Assembly (NCBI GenBank): GCA_002269645.1
Contig: NIVC01001414.1
Coordinates: 62,001 to 126,000 of the forward strand
Source: Macrostomum lignano
Lineage: Eukaryota
Direction of reading: 5' to 3'
DNA length: 64,000 nt
The notes beneath the pieces are model-generated. The model was not told the DNA's origin. It saw nothing but the letters and a program-made list of their open reading frames with translations, and ran no database searches. Made by a program: the position numbers and the translations under genes. Below, in pieces: positions 1 through 12,983 of this stretch (position 1 is the first letter of the stretch; the number at the start of each line of letters is the position of its first letter).

Positions 1-367
1 ATGAATACATTATACATCATTGATTCATGCAATCAATGCAGATATACTTTTAAGCTAGTTATTTAAAGCTAAAATAATGTAATAAACAGGGGCAGATTTA
101 GGGGGAAAAGGCGCCTCCCCCCTCAAAAAATAGCTTGATAGAACATATGTGCCACAAAAAACAAAACCTAGTCCTAAGTTTGTCTGTTTGTGCCTCCAAA
201 ACTTAATTTTTTGCCCCCTAGCTTTAAAATTAAATTGGCACTTTTTATACTCATGTTGGCGCCAAAAACTTGGACATGCGCCTACCAATTTGGTGACAAA
301 CAAATTTGACAATAGAGATTTACCATTGGCTGCATTGACCAATTTATGACTCGATCGTCGATGATAA

Positions 368-960
368 TCTCTACCTATAAAAACCAAAACTCTGTCTGTC
401 TGTCTGTGGACAAATTACTTCGCTATGGACTCCCAAACCGCTCAACCAAATGACACCAAACTTTACACCCACCCTAAACTTACTACGGAGAATGTCTTAG
501 GCTACCTTTAAATTTCCTAGACTCAAGTCTTCCTACCTAAAAGTACAAAAAACTGCTCAAAATGCGCGATTTTTTCACTTAATCCTCCATAGCGCCGCTC
601 CACTTCTACCGATTCTCTTCAAATTTGACACAGATAATCTTTAACTATTTTGGCACAATCATGTAAAATTTCGAGTCTCAAAGTTAATCCTGAGCGGTGC
701 TGTGCACTTTTAAAGTTAGGCTGTTTTTTTCAGCGTAGCAACCACCCCAACCTCCGCCCGCCTGCCTCTCTTTCCCGATACCGATCTGGGCCCAGATGTG
801 TAAAAGGGTTTCAAAATTGACTAACTTTCAGCTGCCATAAGTTTGCTCCACGTAAAGCGATTGACTTCAAACTTGACACAATTCTTCATTGACTCATTCT
901 CTATCTAAATGTAAAGTTTCAACTCTGTAACTCAACCGAAAAAGAAACTGTAAGCATGTG
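368..960 (+). mobile_element. Helitron-like non-autonomous element, 5' part
   Basis: Starts A|TC (TCTCTACCTATAAAAACC), then a short (CTGT)n tract and CAAACCGCTCAACCAAATGACACCAAACTT, the layout of microsatellite-bearing non-autonomous Helitrons. No 3' hairpin/CTRR end was found, so the right boundary is approximate. Confidence 0.4.
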
Positions 961-1529
961 AAGTTTGTCTGCTTTTTCTGTTGTTTGTGCCACTCACTCA
1001 CTCATTCCCCCAGAGCCAGACGAAGGGTCAGGCGATAGGGCTCAATGTACATAGCGAATGTACAGTGTTTTGGAATAACTTTTTAATAGCCTTCTCTGTA
1101 CCCCCGCGAGTGGAGAGTCTACGTTTAGCCATAACAGTTTAGTGAGAAATTCTAACCACTGCCCTCCCCTCTGTATAGGCAAACTCTGCAGCAGTTTAAC
1201 AGTGGATGGCAATTGGTAAATCGAGGCAATCCAGCATGGTTTGTAAAAGCGAAATATTTATGAAAAGGCGATGCGATGCAATGAAATACAACCCTACTAA
1301 ATTAGGCACACCATGGAAATTTTAAGTTTCTCTTAAAGTTTCTCTTAAACTTTGAAATTTAAATGGCCTAAGAAATGCGTATTTCCTTGGTTGTTAGACT
1401 GATGCAGACTGCAGTGGAGCTGAAGATTCACAAATTCCTTTCAGGGCTGCAAATTGGCAAGAAAGATGACGTGATCAAAGCATGAGAATAACGATGAGAG
1501 TACTACGTCCCACAAACTGGCTTTCGAAG

Positions 1530-2441
1530 CAGGGATCGGCAGACTTTTACTTCAAAAGCCAGATAAAGAATCCAGCTTATGTGCGGGCCAGATGAGAGTG
1601 GAAAGGAGAAGGAATAGACTATTAGAAGAGAGGAGAGGCGAGACGGGGATAAGAGAAAACATGGAAGATAAGAGGAGAGACAAGTGGTGAGGAGAGAGCA
1701 GAGAAGAAGGGAGGAAGAAGCGAGAGGAGGGGAGAAAGGAGGGAGAGGAAAGAGTAAAGGTGAGAAGAGGGGAGATATGAGACAGAGGATCGATGAGAGG
1801 AGAGTAGAGAAGAGTGAGAAGAGAGTAGAGATGAGAGAGCAGAAAGAAGATGACAGAGGGTCAAGAGGAGAGGAGAGATTAGAGAGGAGAGAGTAGAAAG
1901 GATAGAAAAGAGAGGAGATAAGAGAGTGAGAGAAGGGGTGAGAAGAGAAGAGATAGAGATAAGATAGGGGTGTAAGAAGAGGGGAGAAAGGAGAGATGAG
2001 AGAGTAAAGGGAAGAGGAGGAAAGAGGAAAGAGATGAGATTGTAGAGATGAGACAGATGAAAGGAGAGATGAGAGAGTAAAGATGAGAGATGAAAAAGGT
2101 GAGAGGAGAGTGCAGAGAGACGAGAGAAGATAATAGAGGAGAGAGAGTATAGAAGAGGGAAGAGAAAAGAAGAGAGGAGTAAGGAAAGAGAGGAGTCAGA
2201 AGAGGTGAAAGAGAAGAGTACAGAGGAGATAAGTGAGAGAACGTATTAGAGAGTAAAGATGACAGATGAGAGAGCAGAGATGAGGGTGAACAGACGAGAG
2301 ATGGGAGAGTAGAGAGAACAGAGGAGAGATAAGAGAGAAGAGATTACAGTGACTAGAGGAGAGAGGAGAGAGGGAGAGAGAAGAGGAAATAGGAGAATGA
2401 AGAGGGGAGAGAGTAGAGGAGAAGAGAGATGGGAGAGGAGA

Positions 2442-2527
<86 letters not shown>

Positions 2528-3218
2528 GAGCAGAGAGAAACGAGAAGAGATAAGAGAGAAAAGATAAAATAAGAGAAAGGAGAGATAAAAACGCAGACAA
2601 GAGAGAAGAGAGGTGAGGGAAGAGACGAGTGACGAGGGGAGAGAGAAGAGATAAAACAAGAAAAGAGATGAGAAGAAAGAGAGAGAGGAAAGAGGTGAGA
2701 GAAGAGACGAGAGAAGAGGGGAGAGAGGAGAGAGAGAGGAAAGAGGAGAGAGGAGAGAGTTAAGAGAAGAGAGAAAAAGAATAGAGAGGAGAAGGAATTG
2801 ACGAGAGAAGAGGGGGAGAGAGGAGAGAGAGGAGAAGAGAGAAAACGAAAAAGTAGAGAGGAGAGAGGAGAGGAGAGAGAAAAGAAAAGGGAAGAGATAA
2901 GATAAGAGATATGAAAGAGAAGAGAGATGAGGGAAGATACGAAAGAAGATAGGAGAGAGGAGAGGAGAGAGAAAACGAAAGAGTAGAGAGGAGAGAGGAG
3001 AGGAGAGAGAAAACGAAAAGTAGAGAGGAGACAGGAGAGAGGAGAGAAGAGAGAAGAGAGAAGAGATAAGAGAGATGAAAGAGAAGAGAGATGAGGGAAG
3101 ATATGAGAGAAGAGAGGAGAGAAGAGAGAGGAGAGAGGAAACAGAAGAAACGATAGAAATTTTAAAGGATCCAAGGGACATAGGGAGAGTCAGGGAGAGG
3201 CCAGAGTTTGCCAATACA
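1530..3218 (+). mobile_element. hAT-like MITE with expanded internal GA-rich tract
   Basis: Left end CAGGGATCGGCAGACT...GCCAGATAAAGAATCCAGCTTATGTGCGGGCCAGA and a degenerate right end AGAGTTTGCCAATACATG match the copy at 12984-13497; the interior is purine-rich repeat. Confidence 0.55.
1595..3150 (+). repeat. GA-rich low-complexity tract with pure (GA)n at about 2445-2522
   Basis: Almost exclusively A/G on the + strand. Confidence 0.95.
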
Positions 3219-4471
3219 TGTTTTAGAGTCAGACAGACATTGCTTGACATTCTGTGAAGTAACCCAGCCAACAATATCAATGTTTGCTTCAAATCCTAAT
3301 TTTACACTAATGTGTTCATTTTATGTCTACCTCTATCCTACTAACTATTAACAAGTTTTTGTTTGTGTATGACCTTAGATTTCAGAATACATGCAAAAGT
3401 AGTTCCGGGGATTGGAATTCCCGGGTTCAAAATCCGCGGGTTTCAACAGCTTGTTTTATATATAAGGCGCGCGCATGCAGACAAAAATTTTGCAAATTTC
3501 AAATAATACAGTAAATAATAAGTATAACAAAGTGTCTCACAATTATCAACAGGTGTTAATAATTTTTTTTAAATTTTTTAAAAAACATAGCGCGAAATAC
3601 TTATTTAAGTGTTTTATGGTAAGAAAGTTAAACTGTATGTCGAACATAAGGTAAACGTTGTGCATTTTTGCTTTCGGTAGCAGTTATCATTTTTGTATTT
3701 TGTAAAGTGGAATTCCTAATGCTAATATACGAAGTTATTTTTCAGCTAAAAAAATTCAGCTACGAACAATATGTTTACGAATGAATGAATGATCCTTTTA
3801 TTACTTTCATCTATTGACTAACATTTTAGCACTAAATAGGATCGCAAAAATTATTTTATTTTACTCCAAGCAAGACTAAACTAAGTTACAACTACATCAG
3901 GCACAGGCACGGCGGACGGCGTATATTTCAATTTGTACTGAAGTTAAACTAAAACCAAAAAGTTGATTATAACTGAAAATAAAATTGGTTTATTTTGTCT
4001 TCATCAGCCTATTCTTGTTGTCCTAACCCTGTCTAAAACAAACACCCCTTTTTCAACCTTTAGGGATTCTTATGCCTTACACAAGTTAAGCACTGTAAAT
4101 ATAAATATTGATCATATAGTAATAAAAATCTATTACATCCTTGATAATGCTGAATACTAACATAACATTGCGAGAACCATCATGAAATTGAGAAAGCTAA
4201 AATATATTTTTTTTAATTTTAAAACTTATGGGTGTAGTATTAGTAAGATAGATGCAAGATAGTTTCTTTTTGAAAGATACCAACATCATATTTGACCCAG
4301 TTGAATTGATTAATTTTAATTTAATTAATAGTTAATTTTTTATTTCTGTACTACTAAAGTACATAATAGCCTATGTGATTTATGTTAAACTTTTACAAAG
4401 TGGTTAGCTATAGCTTATTATAAAATGCATGTATATCAACTACAAATTTCTTTTAATATATTTTGCAGAGT

Positions 4472-5921
4472 ATGGAAGCAGAAAGTCGGATTAGAAGCCT
4501 CGAAAGCAGCATTTTGTACCTGCAGGAGCAGCACGCAGATACTCTGCGCGGTCTGCACCAAGAGATGTCTCGATTGCAAACCAAGTGCTCAGGTATGTGG
4601 CCAGCTCCCAGGGCACCCCTCGAATGAAATATATGGCGGCCCGTTTGTGTCTCCAGTTCATTTGCCAGTGTATCATTTGCTGGTTACCTTGTGTGCCAAA
4701 ATGAGTGCCTGTCTATGGCGCCAAAATGAGTGCCTGTCTGTGGCGCTAAAATGAGTGCCTGACTGCGGCGCTAAAATGAGTGCCTGACTGCGGCGCTAAA
4801 ATGAGTGCCTGACTGCGGCGCTAAAATGAGTCCCTGCGGCGCTAAAATGAGTGCCTGTAACGCTAAAATGATTGCCTGTCTGCACCGCCAAAATGAGTAC
4901 CTGAGGTGTCAAAGTAACTGCTATCAGTATCAACACTGATTCCAAAAATGATGTAGAAATTTCGTCATGCAGAGTTCTTAGCTTGGTCCTTCCACCTTAA
5001 AATCCACGACTTTCTTTGTGATATTCTTACCTACCAGTAGCCCAGAAACAGCCTCATCTGATGCAAACACTCTCTTCAATTTTTCTGTGTTATTCTTACG
5101 GACACTCCGCAGAGCTCAACTTTCGCCTGTCGATGTCTTCAAGCGCATCAGCTGTCGACGACCCAGCGACGACAGCAGCGACGGCAGGCGTCGCCCGGCC
5201 GGCGAAGCTGGCGCTGCTGGATCGCGAGCGCGGCAACCGTGTCGACGAGCTGCGCCGAGCCCTGGCCAGCCGGGAGAAAGAGGTCGCCGACCTGCGCGCC
5301 AAGGTTGACGCCCTGACAGCCAAGTACGACGCCTCCGAGCGACGCAACGTCGCCTACGAAGCCGAACTGGACCAGCTGCGCGCCTTCCACGCCGCGGCCA
5401 CCGCAGCCGCTGCCGCCGCCGTCTCCGCCTCCTCCTTGTCGTCTGCGTCGCCTCCGCCGCCTCCGTCAACAGCGGATGCTGGCGGATCGTCTTCGCTGAA
5501 CAGCAGCGCCGGGCCAGTCTTCATCCGCAGACTCCCCCTGCCAGCAAAGACCGGCGGCTCTCAGCAGCCTCCGCAGCAGCAGCAGCAGCAGCAGCCAGCC
5601 AACCTCATCCTGCAGGCCTCGGCCATGATCCCAACCGCCGCGCCTCCGCATCTTCGCGCTCTGAGCGGCGGCGCCAGCACCGGCTTCAAAGGCTCCGGCG
5701 TGGTGCTGCCGCCGATCACTCGACGGCACCGGCTGCCTCAGCTCCAGCAGCAGCAGCAGCAGCCTCCGCCACAGCCAACCAGCTCCATCAGGGTGTCCGA
5801 TCGCAAGGAGACGGAAGTGATCGAGCGCATCGATTTGATGGGCGGCGGCGCTGCAGGCGCCGGTGGCCAGGGTGCCACCGAGGGAAACGGCGCCACAAAG
5901 GAGCAGCCAAGCAGCAACTGA
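4472..5921 (+). CDS. CCDC92: CCDC92/CCDC74-family coiled-coil protein, 2 coding exons (4472-4592, 5113-5921)
   Basis: Exon 1 MEAESRIRSLESSILYLQEQHADTLRGLHQEMSRLQTKCS splices (G|gtatgt...ccgcag|AG) in frame to ELNFRLSM. This reproduces the CCDC92/74 N-terminal motif (L.FLQ..H..TL.GLH.EI.RLQ..C.DL.F.L), followed by a second coiled coil, low-complexity A/S/P/Q tracts and a VLPPI motif. Confidence 0.85.
4697..4900 (+). repeat. Intronic ~21-25 bp minisatellite (AAAATGAGTGCCTG..GCGCT)
   Basis: About 8 degenerate units; same family as 41875-42100 and 47470-49782. Confidence 0.85.
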
Positions 5922-6032
5922 AATTGAACAACTAAATAATCGTGTCGATTTGTCCAACTAAACCTGAGTAATGTCTTTTCAATTTATTGATTTTTACGAG
6001 CTATCCCCGCTCTTGACTTGCGCCATAACTTT

Positions 6033-6236
6033 TACTAACAAGGACTACTAAAGTAGAAGAACGCTAAACTTGAAATCTATGGAAAATGTTTTGAAGGCCA
6101 CTTTTCGCCCAAAAAATACACTACGGAGGTAGGAAGTTTTTATTTTTCAGCACAAAAAGTGGCTTTCAAAACATTTTCCTTAGATTTCGAGTGTCGCGTT
6201 CTGTAAATACGTTGCTTTTGTGGTCCTTAATTAGTA
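6033..6236. mobile_element. Palindromic MITE; a related copy begins at about 39355
   Basis: Inverted arms GAAATCTATGGAAAATGTTTTGAAGGCCACTTTT / AAAAGTGGCTTTCAAAACATTTTCCTTAGATTTC; a homologous left arm lies at about 39360-39460. Confidence 0.65.
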
Positions 6237-6943
6237 ATAGATTGATCGAAAATCAGCTGATTCTGTTTTGTTTTAATTTTCATTAATTAAGCCTGCTGCA
6301 TTTGAGAGACAGTCGCTAGGGAACCAAACATGGGTGTAACTTTTTAGGTTTTGCCATCAAGAAGTTTGCTTTAAGTTTTTCTTGAGAAGCTTCCAGAAAG
6401 TTTTACTGCACTTGAGCCGTTCTATTATAAGTTAATTTCTGTTAAATTTTAACTACTGTTAGTAGGATGTTTTTGTTATTCATCTTCTGTTAGAAATGTT
6501 GCCTTAATTTTTGTTACTTTTGCTGCTAATTTCTGTCTATTAAAGTTCTGCTGTTAAATGAACCAAAATGTGTCTTTTAGTTAACGCAACGACCTTAACA
6601 GCACGGCAGAGTTGTAAATAAAGTATGCGATTCTGGACCTTTCTCTGTAAAAAATAACCGTTCCTTACAGGTTGGACGTGCTACTTTGAGTAGCGCTGCA
6701 TGAATAAAACTGGATTGTTTTGATAAAGCCTTCTGTTATCCTGCTAAACGTATTTTTGAAACTTCGCGTGCTGATTTTTTTCTCTTTTATCGGGCGCAGA
6801 GATTAAGGCAAACAATTTTTTTACTTTTTAAATAGAGTAAATATACAGTAAGCATTACTTTAAGCATGTGCGGAGTAGTCAAGGTACACGTTCCTAGCTC
6901 CAATCGATTATTGTGAGTTGGACTTAAGCTTTGGTAATAGTAT

Positions 6944-7230
<287 letters not shown>

Positions 7231-7633
7231 CATGTCGTACATGTCGTACTAAAATTTCGCCCTCGAGTTGGGAACTCGTCACGGTTGGTGTTTTGAGTAT
7301 AGCCATTAGATTTTTTGACTGACTTCATCAATAAAATGGATCTGCCACACTTGTCTCGCCTTTCTGCAATAACACTCAGGCACTAATTGCCGACTTTCGT
7401 TAGGGATGAAAAAACATAATTGAATACTTAAGAAGTGAGTCCAATGGAATGACGCCTGCTGGATATCGAGACGCCGTGTAGTTCTTGACAAATATTTGAC
7501 AGGCAAGATAAAAAATCACTTGAAACAGGTTATACTGCTTATTATAAGTGGCTGGAAATTTCCTTGAAAACACATGGTTGCTTGATAAAATCATACGAGC
7601 GTAGTTCGCACTGTGCCGTGGGCACTGACCAAA

Positions 7634-9223
7634 ATGCTCATGCTGCAGATATTTCTGGCTGCTGTATCGGCTGCTTCTGTGGATGCAAGAATCGTTGAAT
7701 ATTCCTACATTGGCTGCTACGGTGACGGCAGGCCCAGAGACATGACCGCACTGAAAAACATCACTAGCATAAACGGAATTAACGTTGCAGACATGAGAAT
7801 CCTGAGCACGAGCATGTCTCACGAAGTTTGCCGCGACATCTGCTCTCTGGGCGAGTTCCCCTACTTCGGCTTGCAATACGCCAGCTACTGTTTTTGTGGC
7901 GAGTCTTACGGAAGATACGGTCCTCGCAGTTTAACCAGATGCAATAAAGCTTGCTCGGGAAATGGGAAAAAAAATTGTGGCGGCGCCTTCCTGAACTCGG
8001 TGTTCGCTCTGACCTACGCCGGTGAGTGTTGCATTTTCTACCTACTGTCTTATAGAGTTGCTTGTAGCTTATACGGACGTTTGTGTCGTATCAAATATCG
8101 TTGCGTCCTATAGTATCGAGAAGGTTGTCTCACATGTAAGTTTATAGTGAAGGTTGTTGCATATTTTATAGTGACAGTATAAGAGACTGTGTTGTGTCTT
8201 TGTGAGATGTTTGTGTTTGATAAAGATCGTTTTGTCTAATAGTATTAGCAAGGTTGCTTTTAATAGAGGAGAATGCGTTTTATAGAGATGGATGTGTCTT
8301 AAATATAGAGATGGGTGTGACTTGCAGAGATGCAGGTGTCTTTTAGAGATGGATGTGTCTTGTAGAGACGGAGGTGTCTTATAGATATGGAGGTGTCTTA
8401 TAGAGATGGAGGTGTCTTGTAGAGATGGATGTGTCTTATAGAGATGGAGGTGTCTTGTAGAGATGGAGGTTTCTTGTAAAGATGGAGGTGTCTTGTAGAG
8501 ATGGAGGTGTCTTGTAGAGATCGGTGTGTCTTGTAGAGATAGAGGTGTCTTGTAGAGATTGAGGTGTCTTGTAGAGATAGAGGTGTCTTGTAGAGATAGA
8601 GGTGTCTTGTAGAGATAGAGGTGTCTTGTAGAGATAGAGGTGTCTTGTAGAAATGGAGATGTCTTATAGAGTTTTATTGTGCATTGTAGCGATTTTTTAC
8701 ACAGTTACAGAGATATTCCTTTAAATATTTTTATGCTGCTTAGAAATAAGTGCTACAAAAGAAAAAAAATCGAGTAGTCAACGTTTTTTAATTGAGCCTT
8801 CAAATCCCGTGTGAATTGGAAAAGTGACGTAAGATCATGTGCAATCTGAAGAAGCAGTCTAAAAAATTCTGTCTTATCTATTTCAACATAAATTAGATTG
8901 ACTCGAGCTGGGCAATCAACCTTCACGACTGCTCGCTCTCCTCTCCACCCAATATCTGTTGCATCACTGCTCCGCCAATGCTTTCAGCCGCCGGCTACTT
9001 CAAATTGTCGCCGAGGCCCAGACAGTCAGTCGAGGCGCCGCTAACATTCTGGACCGTGACGGCTAATGGCAAATTCGAGTGCCTGGCCAAGTGCGCCGCC
9101 AAGTCCACCGAATGTCAGGCGGTGATATTCAGCGGGCAGCAGAAGCTGTGCTACCTGTTGAAGTACGCCAGCCCGCCTGCCAGCATGAGCAGCGTGGCTG
9201 GGGACTACTTTGTACGAAACTGA
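7634..9223 (+). CDS. Secreted WSC + PAN/apple protein 1 (exons 7634-8021, 8988-9223)
   Basis: Signal peptide MLMLQIFLAAVSAASVDA; WSC motif YIGCY.D...C...C...YFGLQYASYCFCG...C...CSGN...CGG..NSVF; phase-1 intron G|gtgagt...tttcag|CC; exon 2 has the PAN-like core ECLAKCAAKSTECQAVIF......CYLL. Confidence 0.9.
8340..8670. repeat. 19-bp intronic minisatellite (AGAGATGGAGGTGTCTTGT)
   Basis: About 17 tandem units inside the intron of WSC-PAN gene 1. Confidence 0.9.
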
Positions 9224-9371
9224 GTGCCATGAAGTTGTTTCACATAAGTTGAAAATTTCACATTGAATGATAGAATATGTTACGTACATGCAGTTGACGT
9301 CGAAATTTCATACCGACAAAGTTCAATATCGTCAGCGATGTGAAATTTTGTGAAGTTTGTGAATGTGAAGG

Positions 9372-10200
9372 ATTGGATGCACAGAGTAGAGCCAGGGTCC
9401 AGAGGCATTGGGGTGCTCAGAGTAGAGCCAGGGTCCAGAGGAATTGGGATGCACAGAGTAGGGCCTGGGTCCAGAGACATTGGGATGCACAGAGTAGAGC
9501 CTGGGTCCAGAGGGATTGGGATGCACAGAGTAGAGCCTGGGTCCAGAGGGATTGGGATGCACAGAGTAGAGCCTGGATCCAGAGACATTGGGATGCACAG
9601 AGTAGAGCCTGGGTCCAGAGGGATTGGGATGCACAGAGTAGAGCCAGGGTCCAGAGGGATTGGGATGCACTGAGTAGAGCCTGGGTCCAGAGGGATTGGG
9701 ATGCACAGAGTAGAGCCAGGGTTCAGAGGGATTGGGATGCACAGAGTAGAGCCAGGGTTCAGAGGGATTGGGATGCACAGAGTAGAGCCAGGGTCCAGAG
9801 ACATTGGGATGCACAGAGTAGAGCCAGGGTTCAGAGGGATTGGGATGCACAGAGTAGAGCCAGGGTTCAGAGGGATTGGGATGCACAGAGTAGAGCCAGG
9901 GTCCAGAGACATTGGGATGCACAGAGTAGAGCCAGGGTCCAGAGACATTGGGATGCACAGAGTAGAGCCAGGGTCCAGAGGAATTGGGATGCACAGAGTA
10001 GGGCCTGAATCCAGAGGCGTTGGGATGCACAGAGTAGAGCCAGGGTCCAAAGACATTGGGATGCACAGAGTAGAGCCAGGGTCCAGAGGGATTGGGATGC
10101 ACAGAGTAGAGCCAGGGTCCAGAGGGATTGGGATGCACAGAGTAAAGCCAGGGTCCAGAGGAATTGGGATGCACAGAGTAGGGCCTGGATCCAGAGGCGT
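9372..10200. repeat. 36-bp minisatellite (GGGATTGGGATGCACAGAGTAGAGCCAGGGTCCAGA)
   Basis: About 23 head-to-tail units, no spacers. Confidence 0.97.
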
Positions 10201-11289
10201 TGGCCTTCTTTTTATAAATACAGTTATGAGTATGGTAGCTGAAGCTTGAATGTCTCCTACTATTACATCGGTATACGAATATGTGACCTACATGTGTGGT
10301 AGCGGGTCTGGCAGTCCCGAAAGAAGAACACAGGGAACCGAGCTTACCGGTCGTATACTTAAGGCTGATCGTTGTGGTCGAAGAAGTTTAGAGGACTGGT
10401 CCCGGTTTCTTGTTTTTATTTCTCTCTATTTAACTGGGTTGCCTCTCTTGTAATAATTTTTCTTTAGAAGAGAAGCAAGCAATCAAGAAAATTGAGAGAA
10501 ATCTGTCAGTTACCGCAGCTACTATTTTGGACTACTCTTATTCTGTATCTTGTGTTCGCTTCAGTCTCAATTTAACAACTATGTTTGTCAGGCACCGTGA
10601 ATCTGGGACCAAGGAAAGGCCTACTTCTGCTACTGCAGCAAGCGAGAGGACTCATTAGCCTTTGCCGGAGGGAGAGGGGCTCAGTGGTGACTCTGTTCCG
10701 AGTAGATAAATCAGTCCACCAGAAACTATGCTCATACCAGTGACTGGGGGACTTTCACTCGTAGCTTTATAACTCATTGCATTCATTGCATTGCCCAGTA
10801 ACAGTCAGTCAGCCCTGTCAGAAATTTCACGAAAATTTTAATGCAAAATCGATCATAACACGCATCACTTGTTTAAGAGCCTAAATGTGAATTTTCGAGT
10901 TTAGAGTTCACTATACAAGTAATTTTTTCGTTCTTTTGGATACCAACTGGCACTACTAAGTGGAATAAGTCGATTGCAATAAGTGCTTGAGGTTCAACTG
11001 GAGTGAGAATATTATAAAGCAGTGCTCTTAGGACGTTTTTGATCGACAGAGGGCGTAGAAAGTTCCGGACTCTAACTACTCCAATTTCTAGATGTGAATC
11101 AGGAGCTGGAACGAGCGCACGACCGCCCTAATGGCCTTCAAATAATACGAGAATTATAATTCACCCATATCATCCAGTGTTAACATGAGCAAACTGTTTT
11201 TGCGAGCATACGTACAGTTTCTTATTGCCTTGGGTTTTTTACACCAGGGGCGCCATCGCGGAGGCGCCAACGTGGAAGTACCATAATAA

Positions 11290-11470
11290 TGACAACTGCA
11301 GGAGGGTTGCGGGCACCCTGGCAATCGTCCACGTCCCACAACCAGTGCTGACGGAAATTCTGCCCTTTCCACTGCTCCTGAGCACATACTGTGCAAGTGC
11401 ACCAATACTGTACGCAGACACGCACTCATACGAGCCGTACACACACGCTCACGCAGGGTGTACAGCTGCA
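11290..11470 (-). mobile_element. Diverged 3' fragment of SINE family 1
   Basis: Reverse complement GCTGTACACCCTGCGTGAGCGTGTG...TGCTCAGGAGCAGTGGAAAGGGCAGAAT...GCCAGGGTGCCCGCAACCCTCC aligns by eye to 44320-44475. Confidence 0.5.
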
Positions 11471-11926
11471 CTGATTTTCTGATTGTCAAGCATGTACACT
11501 GTCTGTGCCTTGTTGGTCGGCCAGCTCATGCGTGTGAATGGAACGACAATCCCTTGGTGAATTCTTCTTGCAACAAGCCCTAAATGAATGTGGCCCCGCA
11601 CGGGTCGCGGAGCGAGAGAGTCAGGTGAGCTTGGCTGCTCTGCCCCGTTGGGGTTGCCAGGACTACTTTTGCCGGCCTATTGTGGGGGGGGGCAGCCCCC
11701 TTGCCGCCAATGGCTACGCCCACGCCCTTAAATGAGTCACCTCAAGCCTGATGAATTATGAATATTCAAACGTGCTCACTGAGTATCCTGCATACTCAGC
11801 AATCTCATTGGATGATATTAATTTGATCTAGAGCCCTCTATCTATTGAAAAACTCAAAAGCTTTTTATTAAAAAAAACTGTGGCCGCACACCTGCTTGTT
11901 AGCTTGGGCAGCAGAAGCTCAGCACA

Positions 11927-12837
11927 ATGCTCTTGCTGCAAATTCTACTGACACTTTTTGCGATTGCTTTTGTGACTGCACGAATTGTCGAATATTCCTA
12001 CATTGGCTGCTACGTTGACGGCTGGCCCAGAGACATGACCGCACTGGAAAACATCACCAGCATCAACGGAATCAACGTTGCAGACATGAGAATCCTGAGC
12101 ACGAGCATGTCTCACGAAGTTTGCCGCGACATCTGCGCTCTTGGCGAGTTCCCCTACTTCGGTTTGCAGCACGCCAGCTACTGTTTTTGCGGAGAGTCTT
12201 ACGGAAAATACGGGCCACGCAGTTCAACAGAATGCGTCACAGCTTGCTCTGGTAATTCCAGCCAGAACTGTGGCGCCGGCTTCCGGAACTCGGTGTTCGC
12301 TATGACCTATGCCGGTGAGTTAACGTCTTCTCAGTTGGTTTACAGCTACTCTCCCTACTGAGCATTGAGATGAGCCACTGATTTTTTGACTAAGCGATAT
12401 AATCATGTCACAGATGCTCAAAGTTTATCATGGTTCTGAGAGAGATTTGTCTTGCCGAGAGAGCCTATGGTTGTTTCTGTATAAAGATAGGCGAGATAGT
12501 TGAGTCTGTGGGCGAGATGGAATAGATGGCTGTCTCAAAACCAAAATATCACCTGGAATATGTAACTTCAACGTTCTTTGATCCTCCGTCAATGCTTTCA
12601 GCTGCCGGCTACTTCAAATTGTCGCCGAGGCCCAGCCAGTCAGTGGAGGCGACGTTCACATTCTGGAATGTGACCGCCGATGGCAAGTTCCAGTGCCTGG
12701 CGAAGTGCGCCGCCAAGTCCACCGACTGTCAGGCGGCGATATTCAACGGGCAGCAGAAGCTGTGCTACCTGTTGAAATACGCCAACCCGCCTGCCAGCAT
12801 GAGCAGCGTGGCTGGGGACTACTTTGTACGAAACTGA
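11927..12837 (+). CDS. Secreted WSC + PAN/apple protein 2 (exons 11927-12314, 12602-12837)
   Basis: Signal peptide MLLLQILLTLFAIAFVTA; full WSC cysteine pattern; same phase-1 intron (G|gtgagt...tttcag|CT); close paralogue of gene 1. Confidence 0.9.
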
Positions 12838-12983
12838 GCTCGGAAATCTTTACATCTGAAACATCTTTATGAACACTAGCGGCTTCTTGCGTAAAGATTA
12901 CTTAGCCAGAGACACGGCTACATATATTGATATTTGAAAAGTTTTCATACCGTAAGCATCAGTGTTTAGTCCTTCGCCTACAG

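Noticed and set aside
5061-5112. ORF-track start of the 286-aa ORF as a single-exon gene
   Set aside because: These bases are an intronic polypyrimidine tract and acceptor; the conserved N-terminus is in the exon at 4472-4592.
8978-9223. ORFs at 8978, 12526, 21185 and 25821 as separate small genes
   Set aside because: Each is the second exon of a WSC-PAN gene, joined in frame through a phase-1 intron.
9280-10249. 36-bp repeats as a CRISPR array or repeat protein
   Set aside because: Units are head-to-tail with no unique spacers, there are no cas genes, the context is eukaryotic, and ORFs are open in most frames. The same applies to the 37-bp array at 36.9 kb.
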